From positions 1 through 30,773 of the forward strand of contig JAENWI010000001.1 of the NCBI GenBank assembly GCA_016650115.1: DNA of 30,773 nucleotides. Reading direction: 5' to 3'. Below the pieces are notes generated by a model. The model searched no databases, was not told the DNA's origin, and worked only from the letters and a program-made list of their open reading frames with translations. Of the stretch, positions 26,400-30,773 are shown piece after piece. The translations under genes were made by a program, and so were the position numbers. This DNA is from Peptostreptococcaceae bacterium (GTDB taxonomy: Bacteria > Bacillota > Clostridia > Peptostreptococcales > Anaerovoracaceae). Within the stretch, counting starts at the first letter, position 1, and the number at the start of each line of letters is the position of its first letter.

Positions 26400-27191
26400 A
26401 TGATTGATAATATTATCCCTATCGCAATAGTTGTAGGAATTGGATTGCTGGCAGGCATCATTTTAACTATTGCCTCTAAATTAATGGCTGTGGAAGTAAA
26501 TGAAGCGGTTAATAAAGTACATGAAGCGCTTCCAGGTGTAAACTGTGGTGCGTGTGGTTTTAGTGGCTGCGAAGATTACGCAAAAAATATTATTGATGAT
26601 AAAACAGTAAAAACGAATCTATGCACACCAGGCGGCAGCGAGGTAGCCATGAAGATAAGTAATATTCTTGGAATTGATTTTCAGGCGGTCATTGGAATGC
26701 AGGCTATTGTCAAGTGTTCCGGAACACTTGGAAACACCTCTTATGTGATGGAATATGAAGGATTGCAGTCATGTGCTGCAAATAAGCTTTTTTATCGAGG
26801 AAGGGGAGCTTGTCACAATGCCTGTCTGGGGTATGGAGACTGTACAGATGTTTGCGAATTTGATGCAATAAAAGTAGTTGATAATGTAGCGCACGTGGAT
26901 AAATCAAAATGTGTCGGATGTGGAGTGTGTGTTGCCAAATGCCCACAACATATTATTAAAATAATTCCCGCCAGTCAAAAACTTTATGTAAGATGCAGCT
27001 CCACTGATTCAGGTGGAATCACAAAAAAAGCATGCAAAGCAGGATGTATAGCGTGTAAAATATGTGAAAAAGCATGCCCTGTTGGAGCTATAATGGTTAA
27101 AAACAATTATGCGAGATTTGATCTTGAAAAATGCATAGGTTGTCAAAAATGTATGGAAGTATGTCCTGTTGGAGTTATTCATCTTGTTTGA
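26400..27191 (+). CDS. rnfB: Rnf complex subunit B (polyferredoxin)
   Basis: N-terminal TM, LPGVNCGACGFSGC...CTPGG, four further ferredoxin-type Cys motifs. Confidence 0.95.
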   Translation: MIDNIIPIAIVVGIGLLAGIILTIASKLMAVEVNEAVNKVHEALPGVNCGACGFSGCEDYAKNIIDDKTVKTNLCTPGGSEVAMKISNILGIDFQAVIGMQAIVKCSGTLGNTSYVMEYEGLQSCAANKLFYRGRGACHNACLGYGDCTDVCEFDAIKVVDNVAHVDKSKCVGCGVCVAKCPQHIIKIIPASQKLYVRCSSTDSGGITKKACKAGCIACKICEKACPVGAIMVKNNYARFDLEKCIGCQKCMEVCPVGVIHLV

Positions 27192-27618
27192 TTTTTATTG
27201 CACCAACCGTTAATAATCCGACAGAAACTACTTTAACCAATGATTTTATGCCGCCAGTTGTTTTATGGAGATTTCTCTGTTTTACACCCCTTACAACTTC
27301 GCCGCCGCTCTTTGCAACAAGCTTAACGTTACCGACGAAGTTATTAACCACCTTATGGCCGGTGTCTTTAAGATCGGTTACCCCTTCATTCATTAAGTGC
27401 TGATCATGTTGTATTTTACCTGCCACTAAAGCTGTTGTACCGCTTGCAAGATTCCCTGCTATAGTACCTGTTAAAATGGTAGAGTCAACAACACTTTCAC
27501 CAATATCATCAATAATTTTAATTTTAGCAACTTTTCCGATAACAGAAAGAGTACCTCCAACAAGACCTCCAACAACTGCTCCAGTCAATATTCCTGTCTT
27601 TTTTATTAAATCCATCAT
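27175..27618 (-). CDS. Hypothetical Gly/Val-rich amphipathic protein
   Basis: 147 aa, RBS GGAGGT on the minus strand (27621-27626), GxxxG repeats at the N-terminus. Confidence 0.7.
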   Translation of the reverse strand: MMDLIKKTGILTGAVVGGLVGGTLSVIGKVAKIKIIDDIGESVVDSTILTGTIAGNLASGTTALVAGKIQHDQHLMNEGVTDLKDTGHKVVNNFVGNVKLVAKSGGEVVRGVKQRNLHKTTGGIKSLVKVVSVGLLTVGAIKIKQDE

Positions 27619-27665
27619 AAACCTCCAGCTAAAAGTATTTGCTCTATAATATCATACTTTTAGCT

Positions 27666-27695
27666 TTGACAAAAGCAATGAATTTGTTGTATAAT
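27666..27695 (+). promoter_or_regulatory. Sigma-A promoter of tRNA-Arg
   Basis: TTGACA (27666-27671), 18 nt, TATAAT (27690-27695). Confidence 0.8.
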
Positions 27696-27716
27696 AAAAA
27701 CCGTACAGTTCAATAG

Positions 27717-27793
27717 GCGCCCATAGCTCAGCTGGATAGAGTAGCACACTACGAATGTGAAGGTCGGGGGTTCGAGTCCCTCTGGGCGCACCA
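27717..27793 (+). tRNA. tRNA-Arg (anticodon ACG)
   Basis: Acceptor GCGCCCA/TGGGCGC, D-arm with A20, anticodon loop CT-ACG-AA, TTCGAGT T-loop, encoded CCA; 77 nt. Confidence 0.96.
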
Positions 27794-27795
27794 TA

Positions 27796-27831
27796 AAAAC
27801 AAAAGACATCATTGATGATGTCTTTTGTTTT
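27796..27831. terminator. Bidirectional terminator between the tRNA and the GNAT gene
   Basis: AAAACAAAAGACATCA-TTGA-TGATGTCTTTTGTTTT, perfect 16-bp stem. Confidence 0.9.
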
Positions 27832-27879
27832 ATTTGGTTATCAAAAGGGAAAATACTCCAAAAGATAACAGATGAATTA

Positions 27880-28422
27880 TTATTTAGTAAATGTTTCCAG
27901 ATCCAGTTCCATTATATAACGATCGTGCCCTTTGCCGTATTCATCTTTTCGGTGCTCCACAATTTCAAAGCCGAGTTTTTCTTTGTACAATTTTATTGCA
28001 GGAGGGTTATTAACATCAACTGTAAGTGTTACACTTTTGAATCCTTGCTCAACTAGATTTCTGCAGATAGTCACTAAAAAATGATATCCCAAACCTTGGC
28101 CTTGAAATTCCTCTATGATGGCATAATCAAATAAATATGCGGTATTAGGATTTTCCCATTCTCTCATCAATATGGCAAATCCAATCAGACGTTGTCTGTT
28201 TTCCTCTTTAAGAACGAACACGTTTCCATGTCGTATTTGTGGTACGAGACCCCACTCATCCATTCCTAATTCACCAAATATATCCTGGCCAAAGTTAACC
28301 ATTCTATTTAGCAATTTCAAATTATAATCCTGTACCTGGTATACTTTCAGATTTCCCACATCACTATCTAAATTATCAATTACACGTCGTGGAAGTCTTC
28401 CAATTTCTTCTAACATGTTCAA
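27880..28422 (-). CDS. GNAT-family N-acetyltransferase (RimI-like)
   Basis: FQGQGLG acetyl-CoA motif, LTVDVNNPPAIKLYKEKLGF; start TTG 28422 or ATG 28416. Confidence 0.9.
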   Translation of the reverse strand: MNMLEEIGRLPRRVIDNLDSDVGNLKVYQVQDYNLKLLNRMVNFGQDIFGELGMDEWGLVPQIRHGNVFVLKEENRQRLIGFAILMREWENPNTAYLFDYAIIEEFQGQGLGYHFLVTICRNLVEQGFKSVTLTVDVNNPPAIKLYKEKLGFEIVEHRKDEYGKGHDRYIMELDLETFTK

Positions 28423-28640
28423 ATCACCATCCTTTTTCTATAAATTCTGATTTTCAAGTATTACTAGTACATTATACAAAAGATTCGAATATGTCAAGAA
28501 AGTTTTTGTTTTATAGCATATATTGATACCATATATATATTTAAACACAAATGATTATCCTGTATATTGTGATTTGCATAAAATCAGTTTTTGCAAATAA
28601 TTATTTGTTTGGAAAGTTCTAAAAATTATAATAATATTGC

Positions 28641-28669
28641 TTGACTTCATCAAATTTAAATAATAAAAT
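28641..28669 (+). promoter_or_regulatory. Putative promoter of the methyltransferase-GH3 genes
   Basis: TTGACT (28641-28646), 17 nt, TAAAAT (28664-28669). Confidence 0.65.
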
Positions 28670-28709
28670 ATACTTAATAATTCCATTTTTTGTAAGAATG
28701 AGGGGGAAA

Positions 28710-29273
28710 ATGTTAATTTTATTGTTGGGCTGCTTAAGTTTTTTGATTTTTATTATATACGATATTAATCAAATAAAGGGGAACCTTCTTTGGATTAAGC
28801 CGTTTTTCTCCATAGGTTGTCTTGTTCTTTGCGGCGTTACTGGTGTGATGATTCTGAAACCGTTTGAAAGCGATATATCAGTTTATCCGTTTGTTTTAAT
28901 CACGTTTATATTTTTAGCTATTATCAGCTTCTTACTCTTAATTTATACATTATTTTTTGCTATTCCTTTTTATGAAGCATACGTTGCTGATACAAAGCAA
29001 AATTTGTGTACCGTAGGAGTTTATTCTCTTTGCAGACATCCGGGTGTTTTGTTTTTTGGGTTTTTCTATCTGTTTTTAGGCATAGGACTTGGTAAACCCT
29101 TTGTGTTGCTGGCAGGTATAGTGTTTACACTAATGAATATTATATATGTTTTTTTACAGGATAAATATTTTTTCCCAAGAGCATTCAAAAACTATGATCA
29201 TTACCAGCAGGATACAAATTTTCTTTTACCATCAAGACGCAGTATAAAAAGATGTTTTAAACATTATATCTAA
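28710..29273 (+). CDS. Isoprenylcysteine carboxyl / phospholipid methyltransferase (ICMT/PEMT) family membrane protein
   Basis: Multi-TM, GVYSLCRHPG motif, terminal FPRAFKNYDHYQQDTNFLLP; ATG 28710 follows RBS GAGGGGG. Confidence 0.82.
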   Translation: MLILLLGCLSFLIFIIYDINQIKGNLLWIKPFFSIGCLVLCGVTGVMILKPFESDISVYPFVLITFIFLAIISFLLLIYTLFFAIPFYEAYVADTKQNLCTVGVYSLCRHPGVLFFGFFYLFLGIGLGKPFVLLAGIVFTLMNIIYVFLQDKYFFPRAFKNYDHYQQDTNFLLPSRRSIKRCFKHYI

Positions 29274-29314
29274 ATCATATTCTTAACAATCATTGAAGGT
29301 GAGGTGTTCGAAAG

Positions 29315-30773
29315 TTGAATTACAGTCAGAAACTTAACAAAAATCAGCATAGGGAAATTTGGTATGAATACTGTAATTTTTTAGATCTCTCTATTGATGA
29401 ATATATGACAATACAAAACAGGCTTATGGATGAGCAGATGCAGTTATGGCTTCCAAGCGGGATTGGTCAGAAGTTTGTTAAAGGTAAGAGCATTAATTCA
29501 ATAGAAGATTTTCGAAAACAGGTTCCATTAACCACTTATATTGATTATGCTGATATACTAATTGGTAAAAGGAATGATATGCTGCCTGTAGAACCTGTTA
29601 TATGGCTACAGACCACTTGGGAAGGCGGAAAACATCCTTTAAAAGTTGCCCCATACACTGCCGGGATGCTTGATATATTTAAAAACAATTTAATGACAAT
29701 ATCTACTTTAGCATCCAGTAACCAATATAAAAAAACAAAACTGCAAAATGGAGACAAGGTGCTTTTTGGACTTGCTCCGCTTCCTTATGTAACGGGATTG
29801 TTTCCATTAGTTTTCGAAGAAGAAATAGATTTTGAATTTCTTCCGCCGATTAAAGATGCCCTGAATATGTCATTCGGTGAGCGTAATAAAATAGGTTTCT
29901 CTATGGGAATGGAACAGGGAATTGATGTCTTCTTTGGCATGAGTAGTGTAATTCATTACATAACTGAAAATTTTTCAAATATGCTTAAAAACGGTTCTTC
30001 CAGTCATTTATTTTCAAAAATATTAAAAATGTCACCTGTAATGATAGTCCGTTTTATAAAGGCAAAGTATGTTTGCAAAAAAGAAGGCCGGGCGATTAAA
30101 CCTTCTGATTTATTCAAACTAAAAGCGCTTGTATGCGCTGGAACTGACACTGCCTCATACAAAGAATCTTTAAAAGAAGCCTGGGGAGTTGATCCATTGG
30201 AAGCTTTTGCAGGAACAGAGGTTTCACTTTTAGGCACTGAAACCTTATTAAGAAATGGTATGGTTTTCTTTCCTGACAATTGTTTTTATGAATTTATTCC
30301 TGAAGAGGATGTATATAAAAATATGGATAATCCATCCTATGTTCCTCGCACGTTCCTGATGAACGAACTGATGACAGGACATAATTATGAATTGGTGGTA
30401 ACCGTTTTTAAAGGCGGTGCTTTTTCCAGATATAGAGTGGGGGACATGTTCAGATGTGTCAGCACAACAGGTGATCATACTACCAGTCTTCCAAAACTGA
30501 CTTCTCTGGATAGAGTTTCAGAGGTTATAGATATTGCAGGTTTTACGCGTATTACTGAAAATTCAATCAGCGATATAATAAGACTTTCGGGAATATCTAT
30601 AAAGCATTGGATTGCAAAAAAAGAATATGACTGTAAAAGAAGGCCGTTTCTACATCTTTATATAGAGATGGATCCCAATAATCTTCATTTAATAGCAGTC
30701 AATAAGCAGCTCATTAAAGAGCATTTGGAAGCTTACTTTAAATACTTTGATGCAGATTATAATGATTTGAAAA
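29315..30773 (+). CDS. GH3-family acyl-adenylate/amide synthetase (3' truncated by the window; absent from the ORF track)
   Basis: Open frame from TTG 29315 (RBS GAGGTG) to the window end without a stop; FRKQVPLTTYIDY, EAFAGTE, FYEFIP, YELVVT, RYRVGD. Confidence 0.88.
   Translation, partial: MNYSQKLNKNQHREIWYEYCNFLDLSIDEYMTIQNRLMDEQMQLWLPSGIGQKFVKGKSINSIEDFRKQVPLTTYIDYADILIGKRNDMLPVEPVIWLQTTWEGGKHPLKVAPYTAGMLDIFKNNLMTISTLASSNQYKKTKLQNGDKVLFGLAPLPYVTGLFPLVFEEEIDFEFLPPIKDALNMSFGERNKIGFSMGMEQGIDVFFGMSSVIHYITENFSNMLKNGSSSHLFSKILKMSPVMIVRFIKAKYVCKKEGRAIKPSDLFKLKALVCAGTDTASYKESLKEAWGVDPLEAFAGTEVSLLGTETLLRNGMVFFPDNCFYEFIPEEDVYKNMDNPSYVPRTFLMNELMTGHNYELVVTVFKGGAFSRYRVGDMFRCVSTTGDHTTSLPKLTSLDRVSEVIDIAGFTRITENSISDIIRLSGISIKHWIAKKEYDCKRRPFLHLYIEMDPNNLHLIAVNKQLIKEHLEAYFKYFDADYNDLK

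Noticed and set aside
27717-27880. tRNA as an integration site of a genomic island
   Set aside because: No integrase and no duplicated tRNA 3' end seen in the window; the tRNA is followed directly by its terminator.
27757-28056. 99-aa plus-strand ORF (and the 90-aa ORF at 27131-27403)
   Set aside because: Starts inside the tRNA, crosses a terminator and is antisense to the GNAT; the other is antisense to the RBS-bearing 147-aa gene.
28572-28598. ATTTGCA-N13-TGCAAAT inverted repeat as a sigma-54 promoter or operator
   Set aside because: No -24 GG element; 7-bp arms in very AT-rich DNA are too weak to call.
28641-28709. ORF-track TTG start of the methyltransferase
   Set aside because: The TTG is the -35 box of a good promoter; the RBS supports ATG 28710.

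Overview
Low-GC Firmicute (Clostridia-like; inferred from rnfCDGEAB gene order, class III Fbp and a Cys-tailed AbrB) chromosomal window, almost all on the + strand. (1) 1-700: 3' end of a 5S rRNA gene and its terminator, then a rearranged zone with a second 5S 3' end, an inverted 5S fragment and two covarying hairpin-repeat units. (2) 820-12144: a LacI-associated sugar uptake/metabolism cluster (ROK kinase, LacI, Gfo/Idh/MocA dehydrogenase, GmhA-like SIS-HAD fusion, deoxyhypusine-synthase-fold protein, RfaE/HldE-like kinase, CUT2 ABC transporter, IolE-like TIM barrel). It looks like ADP-heptose-pathway homologues in a catabolic context. (3) 12288-21911: a small unannotated membrane ORF, then tmk, holB, ricT, yabB, DUF948-like, abrB, murA, fbp, metY, metA. 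(4) 22146-27191: rnfCDGEAB. (5) 27175-30773: Gly-rich hypothetical, tRNA-Arg(ACG), a GNAT, an ICMT/PEMT-type methyltransferase and a GH3-family amide synthetase running off the window (missing from the ORF track). No CRISPR array, transposase or integrase is seen. Product calls come from motif recognition by eye; no database search was run.
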